DNA from: an uncultured Bacillales bacterium
GTDB taxonomy: Bacteria; Bacillota_I; Bacilli_A; RFN20; CAG-826
NCBI GenBank assembly: GCA_937873795.1
Contig: CALMWE010000197.1
Span: 1 to 43,993, forward strand
Direction: 5' to 3'
Length of the DNA stretch: 43,993 nucleotides
Positions 1-8,529 of the stretch are shown here, one piece after another. Position numbers and translations under genes: made by a program. The first letter of the stretch is position 1. Every line of letters begins with the position of its first letter. The notes beneath the pieces are model-generated. The model had not been told where the DNA came from. It worked only from the letters and a program-made list of their open reading frames with translations, and searched no databases.

Positions 1-1078
1 ACGCGTAAGACTTGACCGCTGCCTTTGAAGGTAATCCAGCCTAAGCCGGTCACACCGACATCGACGCGGTTGGTTTCGGTAATCGTGATTTCAAATGCTT
101 CCAAGTCCGTGACATCACGGACGATCTTGCTGACGGGACGGATGGTTTTGGTACGAATTTGCGAATCCATCGTCCGGTCGGCCCGTTCTAACTTGGCGCG
201 GTTAATATCGACGGGATTCGCTAAATAGACGCTGAACCCGGTATGCTTGCCTTCCACGAAATCGAAACGGGCAAGACCACCGAGGATGAGGCTTTGACCG
301 GGATTGAGTTGGAACGTCCGCGGTTTGACTTCCTTCATCGGGGTGATGACTTTTAAGACTTCTTTTTCGACTTTGAAGAGCAACGAATTATCGACGCTGA
401 TCCCCGGAGTGTCAAACAAGAACGAGGATTCATCGAGCGGAATCTCAATCACGCGCAGGGTCGTTCCGGGGAACGGAGAGGTCGTAATCAGCATGCTCGT
501 GGTATTCGAGTAATTCTTAATAAAGTTATTGATGATCGACGATTTTCCGCTGCTGGCGGCGCCGATGAAATACACGTTACGGCCTTCGCGGCGGCTTTGA
601 ATCTTCTCTTTGAGCTCGTCCATGTTGTAGTTCTTGATGGAACTGGTAATGACGATATCGCTGACGGCCATGCCGGCTTCTTGGCACCGCTTGGACACAT
701 AGTCATGAATCTTTTGGTCGTTGACTTCACGGGGTAATAAGTCGCGTTTATTGGCGACTACAATCGTCGTTAAACCTTTGATTTTTTCGTTAAACGCCGA
801 GACAAAGGAGGATTCAAACGAAAACAAATCGAAAACATACACGATGAGGGCATTTTCCTTTTGAGCAGCTTCGAGAATCTTGAAGAATTCTTCGTTCGCC
901 GCAGGGTCGCCGGTGTGTTCGTCTTTGCCGTAATGTTGCATCCTGAAGCACCGCTGACACAACACGACTTCGTGTTTGGTCAATTGTTCTTCGGGGACAT
1001 AACCGGGAAGGTTGGGTTCAATGGTTTGTAAGATGACGCCACAACCATAACAACGACGGATGCGCTTGAGTTCACTCA
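1..1078 (-). CDS. yqeH: Ribosome biogenesis GTPase YqeH (circularly permuted GTPase); C-terminus runs off the left window edge
   Basis: Absent from the ORF track because no stop lies in the window. Manual minus-strand translation from the ATG at 1076-1078 gives MSELKRIRRCYGCGVILQT... (Cys zinc knuckle). The permuted GTPase motifs follow: VVANKRDLL (G4), GAASSGKSS (G1), PGTT (G2), DTPG (G3). It lies directly after yqeG, as in B. subtilis. Confidence 0.85.
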
Positions 1079-1599
1079 TGAACGGTTACCCACTCCTTAA
1101 GGAGCCCTTTCTTTTTGAGATGTCGGCGGATGGGACGGTCAAACCATCGGTTGACGACGGTCGTCCATTGATCTTCTGTCACAATCTTTTCAGTCAATAA
1201 GACACGGATCTTGGCTTTCTTGGCACAGAGCACATCGGTCATCAATTGATCCCCGACAAGCATCGTCTCGGAAGGTAAAAACTTGTTTTCCGATAAGACT
1301 TTTTTGACTTTGAACGCAAACGGCTTGCGGGCGCTGTGGAGATACGGAAGATTCATCTTCGTGGCGTACGAGGCCACACGCGGTCCATGATTGTTTGAAA
1401 GAATGTACAGATTCAATCCTTCGTCCTGGAGGCGTTTTAATAAAATGACCGCACGTTCGGACGGAACAAACAGACGATACGAATCGAGCGTGTTGTCCAA
1501 GTCGATGAGGAGGTTTTTGACGCCGACCGCTTTATAAAACGAAGGATCGACTTCATAAATGCTGGTGGCGTGGTAGGTCGGAACAAAACAGGTGAACAT
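1072..1599 (-). CDS. yqeG: YqeG-family HAD superfamily phosphatase
   Basis: HAD motifs LLIDLDNTL (DxDxT) and LVGDQLMTD are present. I moved the start from the ORF-track 1710 to the internal ATG at 1597-1599, which is preceded by a GGAGGG Shine-Dalgarno. The stop lies 3 nt from the yqeH ATG. Confidence 0.8.
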   Translation of the reverse strand: MFTCFVPTYHATSIYEVDPSFYKAVGVKNLLIDLDNTLDSYRLFVPSERAVILLKRLQDEGLNLYILSNNHGPRVASYATKMNLPYLHSARKPFAFKVKKVLSENKFLPSETMLVGDQLMTDVLCAKKAKIRVLLTEKIVTEDQWTTVVNRWFDRPIRRHLKKKGLLKEWVTVHE

Positions 1600-1625
1600 C
1601 GTTTTCCCTCCGTCTTCATTGTAAA

Positions 1626-1645
1626 AGAAAAAGACCTCTTTTTCT
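1626..1645. other. Perfect 9-nt inverted repeat AGAAAAAGA-cc-TCTTTTTCT between the divergent yqeG and the 1698 ORF
   Basis: Read directly from the sequence. It sits in the yqeG promoter/leader region and its function is unknown. Confidence 0.4.
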
Positions 1646-1697
1646 AGACATTCGCAACGGAATGGGTAAATAATAAAGTAACCAAGGAAATAACCCC

Positions 1698-1967
1698 ATG
1701 AACAACTCACTCTGGATGCAAAAAAACCGCGACCTTCTTCTTAGAGCGTTATCGACGCTTGGCATGGTCTTGGATTTATTCTTTCCGATTTTGGGCATTG
1801 CCTGTGGCGTGATCGCCGTCTCATTGACCTACAAAGGCTCCAAAGACGACTGGAAAAATCCCGATATCTACTATGCGATTTGCACCATTGCGGTCGGCGT
1901 CTTCTTCATGTTCGCGGTGTATGTCCTCACCGCTCGAAACGCCGGGTCCTCATCCTCATCCCTCTAA
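1698..1967 (+). CDS. Hypothetical small membrane protein (2 predicted TM helices, Ser-rich tail)
   Basis: An 89-aa ORF with AAGGA about 11 nt upstream of the ATG. It has hydrophobic segments LGMVLDLFFPILGIACGVIAVSL and ICTIAVGVFFMFAVYVL and is followed by a terminator. I recognised no family. Confidence 0.45.
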   Translation: MNNSLWMQKNRDLLLRALSTLGMVLDLFFPILGIACGVIAVSLTYKGSKDDWKNPDIYYAICTIAVGVFFMFAVYVLTARNAGSSSSSL

Positions 1968-1968
1968 T

Positions 1969-1999
1969 AAAAAATGCCCCACTCAGTGAGGCATTTTGT
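1969..1999. terminator. Bidirectional rho-independent terminator between the convergent 1698 ORF and parC
   Basis: Sequence AAAAATGCCCCAC-tca-GTGAGGCATTTT: a 9-bp stem with one mismatch, flanked by an A-run and a T-run. Confidence 0.6.
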
Positions 2000-4597
2000 T
2001 TATTTATTTTCATCCAAATCGTCGAAGATCGAAATCTGTTCGTAGCCTTTGGCGCTTTCGTCGTTTTCGTCGCCTTTAACCACAGGTAATTCTTCTTTAA
2101 GAGGCGGTTCGTAACTCACGAAACTGGCGTCAACCACCGTCATTTCTCCGCCATAGACGGAGACAATCGTTTGTCCTGCTGGAAGCGGGATATTCTTTTT
2201 CGCGTATTTGTCGACCGGAGTGGGATGGAAGTCATCCAAGGTCACGCTTCCGGGGGTCAAATCGTTCTTCAGGAAGTTGAGCGTCAGCGTTTCCGCTTTC
2301 TTATCAAGCTTCGCGGCGTACACCAGGTCATGTTTATCGGATTTGAACGATTTGTACACGTATTGGACCTTGCCTAAGCGCGGGGTCCGGACAAGGTAAC
2401 CGCTGTCGAATAAGCGTAAGCAACCGACATCGGTAAGGATGGCGACTTTGCCGCGTTCACCCGGGTCATAACTGAGCAAGGCGACTGCTTTTTCATCTCC
2501 GGACATGTTATTAATGGCTTTGACACCACTGGTTTTAATGCCGGTCAAGGTAATGTCGTTTTCGTTATAGAAACTGGCGTTGCCTTCCGAAGTTAACACG
2601 ATGAGATCGCTATTTCCGGTGGTCAAGGCCACATCAGCGACTTCGTCTTCACGGAAGAGCTTCACGCATCCGATCGGCTTGCCGTAACGTTGGACAAAGA
2701 AATCCGAGAGTTTCGACCGTTTGATTTGTCCGCGGACGGTCAAAATCGCGATATTTAGGTCTTCGCGGAAGGTCTCCACGATGAGCGCTTTGAGGATTTT
2801 CTCTTCGCCGGGAAGGCTCACCAAGTAGTTAACGTGCTTGCCTTCTTCTTTCCATTTGCCTTCGACGATTTCATGCACCGGGACGAACAAATAGTTACCT
2901 TCGGTGGTAAACGCCAAGACATAGTCGGCGGTATTGGCTTTGCCATAACCGATGAGCACATCGTCGGGTTTGAGTCCGGGAAGTGCGCCATCGCTGGATT
3001 TGTAGGATTTGATCGACGAACGTTTGAAGTATCCATCGCGGGTAATGACCACCATCACGTCTTCTTTGACGATGAGGTCGCGTTTATCGATTTGAATGGT
3101 TTCGACGTTTTCTTGAAGCGTCGTCTTACGGGCGGTTCCGAAGCGGGTCACGATGCTCCGTAAGTCATTGATGATGACCTTGTCGAGCTTCTTACGGTCG
3201 CCCAAAATGCCTTCGAGTTCGGCGATTTTCTTCTCTAAATCGTGTTTCTCGTTGACCAACACGGTGACGTCGGTATTGGTGAGTTTATAGAGTTGCAAAA
3301 CCACGATGGCTTCGGCTTGTTCTTCGGTAAAGGCAAACTTGGCGATGAGGTTTTTCTTGGCGTCGGCTTTGTCTTTGCTGGCGCGGATGATGGCCACCAC
3401 TTGGTCCAGCACGGAAATCGCCTTGATTAAGCCATCGACGATGGATAAACGCGCAGTCGCCTTATTCAATTCGAAATGGCTTCTGCGGGTAATGATGTCG
3501 ACTTGGTGATCGATGTAGGCGTCGATGAATTGTAAAAGCGTCAAGGTGCGTGGGTGACCGTTGACGATGGCCACCATGTTCGCGTTGAACGCGCTCTTGA
3601 GTTCGGTCTTATTCATCAAATACGTCACGATAACATCGGGGTTGGCTTCTTTCTTGATGTCGATGGCGATGCGTAAACCTTCGTGGTCGCTTTCATCGCG
3701 GACTTCGACGATGCCATCGATGGTTTTGTTATGACGGATGACGTCGATGTCATGAACGAGTTTGCTCTTGACCACGGCGTAAGGAATCTCGGTAATGACG
3801 ATTTGCGGACCGTCGGGCGTTTGCACTACGCTATAACGGGACATGATTTCGACGCGTCCCCGTCCGGTGGTATAAATCGAGGTCAATCCCTCGGAAGCAA
3901 TCATCACGCCGCCGGTCGGGAAATCCGGACCATGGACGATGCCTAAAAGGTCTTCCACCGTCGTTTTGATGTGGGTCATGCGGTAAATCACGGCTTCGCA
4001 CACTTCGCCTAAGTTATGAGGCGGAATGTTCGTGGCCAAAGCAACAGCGATACCTTGCGTGCCGTTGACTAAAAGGTTCGGGAAATGGGCGGGTAAAACC
4101 GTCGGTTCAAAGTTTGCATCGTCGAACGTGAGTTGCATGTCGACGGTGTTTTTATCGATGTCGCGGACGAGTTCTTCGCTGACTTCGGCTAGACGGGCTT
4201 CGGTATACCGGTGCGCCGCGGGCGAGTCGCCGTCGATGGAACCGTTATTGCCTTGGAAATCGACTAAAGGAAGACGGAACTTCCAGTTTTGTGACATATG
4301 GGCTAAAGCTTCATAAATGGAACTGTCGCCATGCGGGTGGAAATGACCCATGACGGAGCCAACCGTGGTCGCGCATTTGCGGGTCGGTTTCTTATAGACG
4401 TTGCCATCGGTGTACATGGCAAAAATAATCCGTCTTTGAACGGGTTTTAAGCCATCTCGCACATCCGGAATCGCACGATCCTGAATGACATATTTGGCAT
4501 AGGTGGCATAACGGTCACCCATGATTTCTTCCAGCGGATTGACGTTGATCTTTTCAACGGTTTGCTTGGGGACTTCGACAACTTTTTTCTTAGCCAT
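2000..4597 (-). CDS. parC: DNA topoisomerase IV subunit A (ParC/GrlA type)
   Basis: Type IIA topoisomerase A-subunit signatures are present: IQDRAIPDVRDGLKPVQRRII, HPHGDSSIYEAL and NNGSIDGDSPAAHRYTEARL. These resemble Gram-positive ParC/GrlA more than GyrA. The gene is coupled to the upstream parE, and plsY lies divergently next to parE as in Bacillus and Staphylococcus. It has an acidic C-terminal tail. Confidence 0.85.
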   Translation of the reverse strand: MAKKKVVEVPKQTVEKINVNPLEEIMGDRYATYAKYVIQDRAIPDVRDGLKPVQRRIIFAMYTDGNVYKKPTRKCATTVGSVMGHFHPHGDSSIYEALAHMSQNWKFRLPLVDFQGNNGSIDGDSPAAHRYTEARLAEVSEELVRDIDKNTVDMQLTFDDANFEPTVLPAHFPNLLVNGTQGIAVALATNIPPHNLGEVCEAVIYRMTHIKTTVEDLLGIVHGPDFPTGGVMIASEGLTSIYTTGRGRVEIMSRYSVVQTPDGPQIVITEIPYAVVKSKLVHDIDVIRHNKTIDGIVEVRDESDHEGLRIAIDIKKEANPDVIVTYLMNKTELKSAFNANMVAIVNGHPRTLTLLQFIDAYIDHQVDIITRRSHFELNKATARLSIVDGLIKAISVLDQVVAIIRASKDKADAKKNLIAKFAFTEEQAEAIVVLQLYKLTNTDVTVLVNEKHDLEKKIAELEGILGDRKKLDKVIINDLRSIVTRFGTARKTTLQENVETIQIDKRDLIVKEDVMVVITRDGYFKRSSIKSYKSSDGALPGLKPDDVLIGYGKANTADYVLAFTTEGNYLFVPVHEIVEGKWKEEGKHVNYLVSLPGEEKILKALIVETFREDLNIAILTVRGQIKRSKLSDFFVQRYGKPIGCVKLFREDEVADVALTTGNSDLIVLTSEGNASFYNENDITLTGIKTSGVKAINNMSGDEKAVALLSYDPGERGKVAILTDVGCLRLFDSGYLVRTPRLGKVQYVYKSFKSDKHDLVYAAKLDKKAETLTLNFLKNDLTPGSVTLDDFHPTPVDKYAKKNIPLPAGQTIVSVYGGEMTVVDASFVSYEPPLKEELPVVKGDENDESAKGYEQISIFDDLDENK

Positions 4598-6546
4598 TAT
4601 TTTACCTCCTTGACGAAGGTATCAACATAGTTGAAATTGACGTTTTCTTCGACCCATTTCTTACGGACGGTCGTATCTTTGCCCATCAACACGGTAATGC
4701 GTTGTTCGACAACCAAAGGATCCTCGATACTGACTTGAATCAAGGTTCTTGAGCCCGGGCTCATCGTGGTTTCTTTGAGTTGTTCGGCGTTCATTTCGCC
4801 CAAGCCTTTGTAACGGTTGATGCGATACGGTGAACCGATCACGCTTTTGGCTTCTTCCAGGGTTTTGTCATCCCACGCGTACATGAATTTGCGGGAATCG
4901 TTTTCTTTGACGACCCGGTAAAGAGGCGGAACGGCGATATAAACCATTCCGGAGGTCACGAGCGGCCGCATGAAATGGTAAAAGAACGTGAGTAACAGGG
5001 TTTGGATGTGGGCACCATCGGTATCCGCATCGGTCATGATGATGATTTTGCCGTATTTGGCTTCGCTGACATCGAAGTTTTGGCCCACGCCTGCGCCAAT
5101 CGTGCTGACCAAGGTCGCAAATTCGGTGTTCCGGAGCATTTGCTCGATGGTGATCGAATCGGTATTCAAAGGCTTGCCTCTCAAAGGCAAAATCGCTTGA
5201 TGGAGACGGTCTCTTCCGGCTTTGGCGGTTCCACCGGCGGAGTCACCTTCGACGATGAAGAGTTCGTTATTCTTGTAGTCTTTGCTTTGCGCCGGGGTCA
5301 ATTTGTCGCTAAGGATCAAATCTTGTTTCTTTTTATTGGTGGTCCGGGCGTCATCGCGTGCTTTTCTGGCGGCAATACGGGCGTTTTGGCTATCCAGACA
5401 TTTCTTAATCAGAGCATTGGAAAATTCTTTGTTTTCCAAAAGGTAGTACGAGAATTTGGTATAAAAGAAGTTTTGCACGGCGTTGGCCGCTTCGGGAGTT
5501 CCGAGCTTGCCTTTGGTTTGACCTTCGAATTCCAATTTGGATTCAGGAATTTTTAATGAGATGATCGCGGTTAAACCTTCGCGGATATCGGAACCATCGA
5601 GGTTATTTTTGCCTTTGAGCAGGTTGTTGCTATTGGCAAAATCATTGACCGCACGGGTAATCGCCGCACGGAAGCCGGTTTCGTGGGTGCCACCATCTTT
5701 GGTGCGGATGTTGTTGACATAAGAAAGGATATTTTCGTTATAATCTTGCGAACAATATTGGACGGCGATTTCCATTTTGATTTCGCTGGTGGTATCTTCG
5801 AAATCCAAAATCGGGGACATCGCTTCTTTGTTTTGGTTGAGTACGCCGACGTATTGGGTCAGACCGTTTTCGTAATAGAACTCTTGGCTGAGGTTGGCTC
5901 TCTCATCCTTTAGGATGAAACGCACCTTTTTGAGTAAGAACGCGGATTCTTGCAAGTGGTTATAGATCGTATCCCACTTGAAATCGACGGTGGTAAACAT
6001 GCTGGCATCGGGTTTGAACCGGACGGTCGTGCCATGTTTATTGGTTTTTCCGAGCACTTCCAAAGGAACCACGGTATGTCCGCCGTTGGCAAACTTGATA
6101 TGGGAAACGACTCCGTCACGGTAAATGGTGACGTCGAGCCATTCGCTTAAAGCATTGGTCACGGAAGCGCCGACGCCGTGAAGGCCTGCGCTGCTCGAAT
6201 ATGCCTTGTCGGAGAACTTGCCACCGCTATGGAGTGTGGTGAAAATCAGTTCGACGGCAGGAACTTTGGCGGTTTTATGAATACCGGTCGGGATACCCCG
6301 GCCTTCGTCTTGAACGGATAAAGAACCATCGTTATGAATGGTGATGGTGATGAGTTCACCGAAACCCGAAAGAGCTTCGTCAACCGCATTATCGACGACT
6401 TCCCAAACCAGGTGATGTAAGCCCATGGCATTGGTCGAGCCGATGTACATGGCAGGCCGTTTACGGACACCTTGGAGACCTTCAAGAACATCGATGTCGT
6501 CTTCATTGTATGCATGATGTTTTAAGTCTTGAGCCACAAGTGTCAC
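4597..6546 (-). CDS. parE: DNA topoisomerase IV subunit B (ParE/GrlB type)
   Basis: GHKL ATPase and TOPRIM motifs are present: LEGLQGVRKRPAMYIGS, HHLVWEVVDNAVDEA, ELFIVEGDSAGG and IIIMTDADTDGAHI. The start is GTG at 6544-6546. There is a 1-nt overlap (TAATG) with the parC start. Confidence 0.85.
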   Translation of the reverse strand: MTLVAQDLKHHAYNEDDIDVLEGLQGVRKRPAMYIGSTNAMGLHHLVWEVVDNAVDEALSGFGELITITIHNDGSLSVQDEGRGIPTGIHKTAKVPAVELIFTTLHSGGKFSDKAYSSSAGLHGVGASVTNALSEWLDVTIYRDGVVSHIKFANGGHTVVPLEVLGKTNKHGTTVRFKPDASMFTTVDFKWDTIYNHLQESAFLLKKVRFILKDERANLSQEFYYENGLTQYVGVLNQNKEAMSPILDFEDTTSEIKMEIAVQYCSQDYNENILSYVNNIRTKDGGTHETGFRAAITRAVNDFANSNNLLKGKNNLDGSDIREGLTAIISLKIPESKLEFEGQTKGKLGTPEAANAVQNFFYTKFSYYLLENKEFSNALIKKCLDSQNARIAARKARDDARTTNKKKQDLILSDKLTPAQSKDYKNNELFIVEGDSAGGTAKAGRDRLHQAILPLRGKPLNTDSITIEQMLRNTEFATLVSTIGAGVGQNFDVSEAKYGKIIIMTDADTDGAHIQTLLLTFFYHFMRPLVTSGMVYIAVPPLYRVVKENDSRKFMYAWDDKTLEEAKSVIGSPYRINRYKGLGEMNAEQLKETTMSPGSRTLIQVSIEDPLVVEQRITVLMGKDTTVRKKWVEENVNFNYVDTFVKEVK

Positions 6547-6572
6547 CTGCCTTTCGCCTTTGCAACTTTCAT

Positions 6573-6581
6573 ATTATATCA
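6573..6581 (-). promoter_or_regulatory. Candidate extended -10 promoter (TGaTATAAT) for parE-parC
   Basis: The minus strand reads ttTGaTATAATatgaaag about 25 nt upstream of the parE start. There is no clear -35. Confidence 0.35.
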
Positions 6582-6668
6582 AAACACTCGTCAAAAAAAT
6601 AGCGTCTGTTTGTGGAAAAAAAGAAGGGATTATTATATAATCTTTCGCATGAAACAAGGAGAGCGAAA

Positions 6669-7349
6669 ATGGAAGTATTGTTAATCATTGGAACCGTCCT
6701 CGCTTCGGTCGTCGTAGGATATCTGATTGGTTCCATCCCGACGTCCGTCATCATCGGAAAAGTGTTTTTTAGGAAAGATGTCCGCGATTATGGCTCGCAC
6801 AATGCGGGTGGCACCAACGCCGGCCGGGTCTTCGGTCGTAAGGTTGGACTACTCGTCATGATTTTAGACATACTCAAATCTGCCTTGCCGCTTTGGGGGA
6901 TTTACTTTTTAGTCACCAAGACCGCTTTCGGAACTTATGCTCCGACACCTTGGACGTACTACTTGGCTGCATTTGGCGAATTGCTTGGCCACTGCTACCC
7001 GATCTTTGCCAAATTCAAAGGCGGGAAAGCCGTCTCCAGTTTTGCCGGCTTCGTTTTTGGTACCAACTGGATTTTGGGTTTGATCGGTTTAGCACTTATG
7101 TTGATCGTCCTCAAAATCAAAAAGCATGTCAGTTTAGGCTCCATCGTCGCCAGCGGTTTTGTCACTGTGTTTTCCCTCTTCTCCTTACTGCCCGCAACTG
7201 CGACTTTAGGCTTCTGGCCGGGCATGGAAGGCGGGGTCATTTACATTGTCCTTTTAATGGTTGAAACCCAATACCTTTTCGAACGTCACCATGAGAACAT
7301 CGGACGGCTCTTGCATCACAAGGAAAGCCGTATCAAGTGGATGCACTAA
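6669..7349 (+). CDS. plsY: Glycerol-3-phosphate acyltransferase PlsY
   Basis: The N-terminal signature is LIGSIPTSVIIGKVFF...DVRDYGSHNAGGTNAGRVFG, and the protein is multi-TM. I moved the start to the ATG at 6669, which follows AAGGAG at 6655-6660. The ORF-track start at 6612 has no RBS. Confidence 0.9.
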   Translation: MEVLLIIGTVLASVVVGYLIGSIPTSVIIGKVFFRKDVRDYGSHNAGGTNAGRVFGRKVGLLVMILDILKSALPLWGIYFLVTKTAFGTYAPTPWTYYLAAFGELLGHCYPIFAKFKGGKAVSSFAGFVFGTNWILGLIGLALMLIVLKIKKHVSLGSIVASGFVTVFSLFSLLPATATLGFWPGMEGGVIYIVLLMVETQYLFERHHENIGRLLHHKESRIKWMH

Positions 7350-7350
7350 A

Positions 7351-7383
7351 AGTATTTATTTAGTATTTAATTAGTATATTTAA
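7351..7383. repeat. Three tandem imperfect 11-mers (agtatttattt / agtatttaatt / agtatatttaa) just after the plsY stop
   Basis: Read directly from the sequence. Confidence 0.5.
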
Positions 7384-7394
7384 GAAAAAACTCA

Positions 7395-7431
7395 GACCGC
7401 CAAAAAGGTTCGACCGAATGGCGGTTTTTCA
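7395..7431 (+). terminator. Rho-independent terminator of plsY
   Basis: ACCGCC...GGCGGT stem followed immediately by TTTTT. Confidence 0.7.
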
Positions 7432-7565
7432 TTGACTTTCATACCAAAAAGTAAGAAAAAACGACTTGCTTTCATGCATCATGAAAATGAGTCCCCTCCA
7501 CCACACCTTTTGGATAAAAAAAGATGCCCGTTTTCAGGACATCTTTATTCAACATTGAGACCGAA

Positions 7566-7802
7566 TTAGGAACTCTTTTTGACGCTGGCCATGACCGCCC
7601 GAACTTGGGCTTCGCTCGGCTTACGGCCCATGGACGTAAACATCGCGCGGATCATCTTCTCATTGATCGGGGGATTCTTCGCCAACTCACGTTTGAAGAA
7701 CCAACGAGCTATGAAGAAACCGGCCACGCCACCACCGACAAGGCCTAAAGCCAAATACATGATGGTCGTCCAGATGTTGCTATCAGCTAATATAATTAAC
7801 AT
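7566..7802 (-). CDS. UPF0154 family small membrane protein (YneF-like)
   Basis: One N-terminal TM helix followed by the conserved NPPINEKMIRAMFTSMGRKPSEAQV motif typical of UPF0154. I chose the ATG at 7800-7802 because AGGTGA directly abuts the first ATG at 7808, and the spacing to 7802 is 6 nt. Confidence 0.75.
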   Translation of the reverse strand: MLIILADSNIWTTIMYLALGLVGGGVAGFFIARWFFKRELAKNPPINEKMIRAMFTSMGRKPSEAQVRAVMASVKKSS

Positions 7803-7821
7803 TTTCATTCACCTCGCTCGT

Positions 7822-7850
7822 ATTGTATCGTATTCCCCCTCTTATTTCAA
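7822..7850 (-). promoter_or_regulatory. Sigma-A-type promoter TTGAAA-17-TACAAT for the UPF0154 gene
   Basis: The minus strand has TTGAAA (7850-7845), a 17-nt spacer and TACAAT (7827-7822), about 15 nt upstream of the RBS. Confidence 0.5.
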
Positions 7851-7854
7851 TAAA

Positions 7855-7886
7855 AAGGGCAAACGAAAAGGCCCTTTCGGACCTTG
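7855..7886 (-). terminator. Rho-independent terminator after efp
   Basis: The minus strand reads AAGGTCC-gaaa-GGGCCTT (one G-U pair) followed by TTTTcgTTT. Confidence 0.55.
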
Positions 7887-7896
7887 GGTGGAAAAC

Positions 7897-8454
7897 TTAA
7901 GCTCTTCCGTCGTATAAACCGTTGTCGGTACGGACGAGAATTTCTTCGCCTTCGCTGATGAAGAGCGGGACGCGGACTTTCAGTCCGGTTTCCAAGAGCG
8001 CGTCTTTCATCGCCTTGTTGACGGTGTCGCCGCGAACGGCCGGTTCGCATTCGACAATCTTCAACGCGACTTTCGCGGGAAGGTTGATGCCGAGGATTTC
8101 GTCTTCAAAGGTAACGAATTCGACGACGACTTCACTCTTAAGGAATTTGGATTCCCATTCGAGACGTTCCTTGGCGATTTCGATTTGATCGTAGGTGGTT
8201 TGGTTCATGAACACGAGCATATCTCCACTGTCGTAGAGGAATTGCATTTGCTTTTTGTCCAAACGGATCGGTTCGATGGCAGTTCCGCCGAGGAAGCTCA
8301 TTTCCGTGACAGCGCCGTTACGGACGTTCTTGACTTTAACCTTGACGACCATCTTCCGCATCGCGGTTTTATTTAAGGCAACGTCGAGGACGTTATAAAT
8401 CGCGTTTTCGAAGGTGAAATAGTTTCCGGGTCTTAATTCTGTGACGTTAATCAT
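7897..8454 (-). CDS. efp: Translation elongation factor P
   Basis: 185 aa with the EF-P three-domain pattern, including C-terminal VECEPAVRGDT...LETGLKVRVPLFI..GE.I.V.T..G.Y..R. The loop that normally carries the modified residue is atypical (see findings). Confidence 0.9.
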   Translation of the reverse strand: MINVTELRPGNYFTFENAIYNVLDVALNKTAMRKMVVKVKVKNVRNGAVTEMSFLGGTAIEPIRLDKKQMQFLYDSGDMLVFMNQTTYDQIEIAKERLEWESKFLKSEVVVEFVTFEDEILGINLPAKVALKIVECEPAVRGDTVNKAMKDALLETGLKVRVPLFISEGEEILVRTDNGLYDGRA

Positions 8455-8481
8455 ATGTAAATCTCCTTTTGAGCCTTTAAC

Positions 8482-8510
8482 ATTTTACTCAATGGGCTCC
8501 AAATAAGCAA
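8482..8510 (-). promoter_or_regulatory. Sigma-A-type promoter TTGCTT-17-TAAAAT for efp
   Basis: The minus strand has TTGCTT (8510-8505), a 17-nt spacer and TAAAAT (8487-8482). AAGGAG lies upstream of the efp ATG. Confidence 0.55.
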
Positions 8511-8529
8511 CTTTTTTATTTTTTCCGGC

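Noticed and set aside
1599-1710. N-terminal extensions proposed by the ORF track. They affect yqeG (to 1710), plsY (from 6612), the MBL gene (to 9180), ispH (from 12873), the unknown ORF (to 27275), the TM2 gene (to 28379), hrcA (to 33188), the RDD gene (to 33789) and the Fic-like gene (to 36638).
   Set aside because: In each case an internal ATG has a better-placed Shine-Dalgarno. The extension either overlaps an upstream gene, terminator or CIRCE operator, or adds residues absent from the family N-terminus.
7474-7569. A plus-strand 31-aa ORF (MHHENESPPPHLLDKKRCPFSGHLYSTLRPN) starting in the same palindrome as the minus-strand sORF.
   Set aside because: It has no Shine-Dalgarno, runs through the UPF0154 terminator into the 3' end of that gene on the opposite strand, and has no supporting features.
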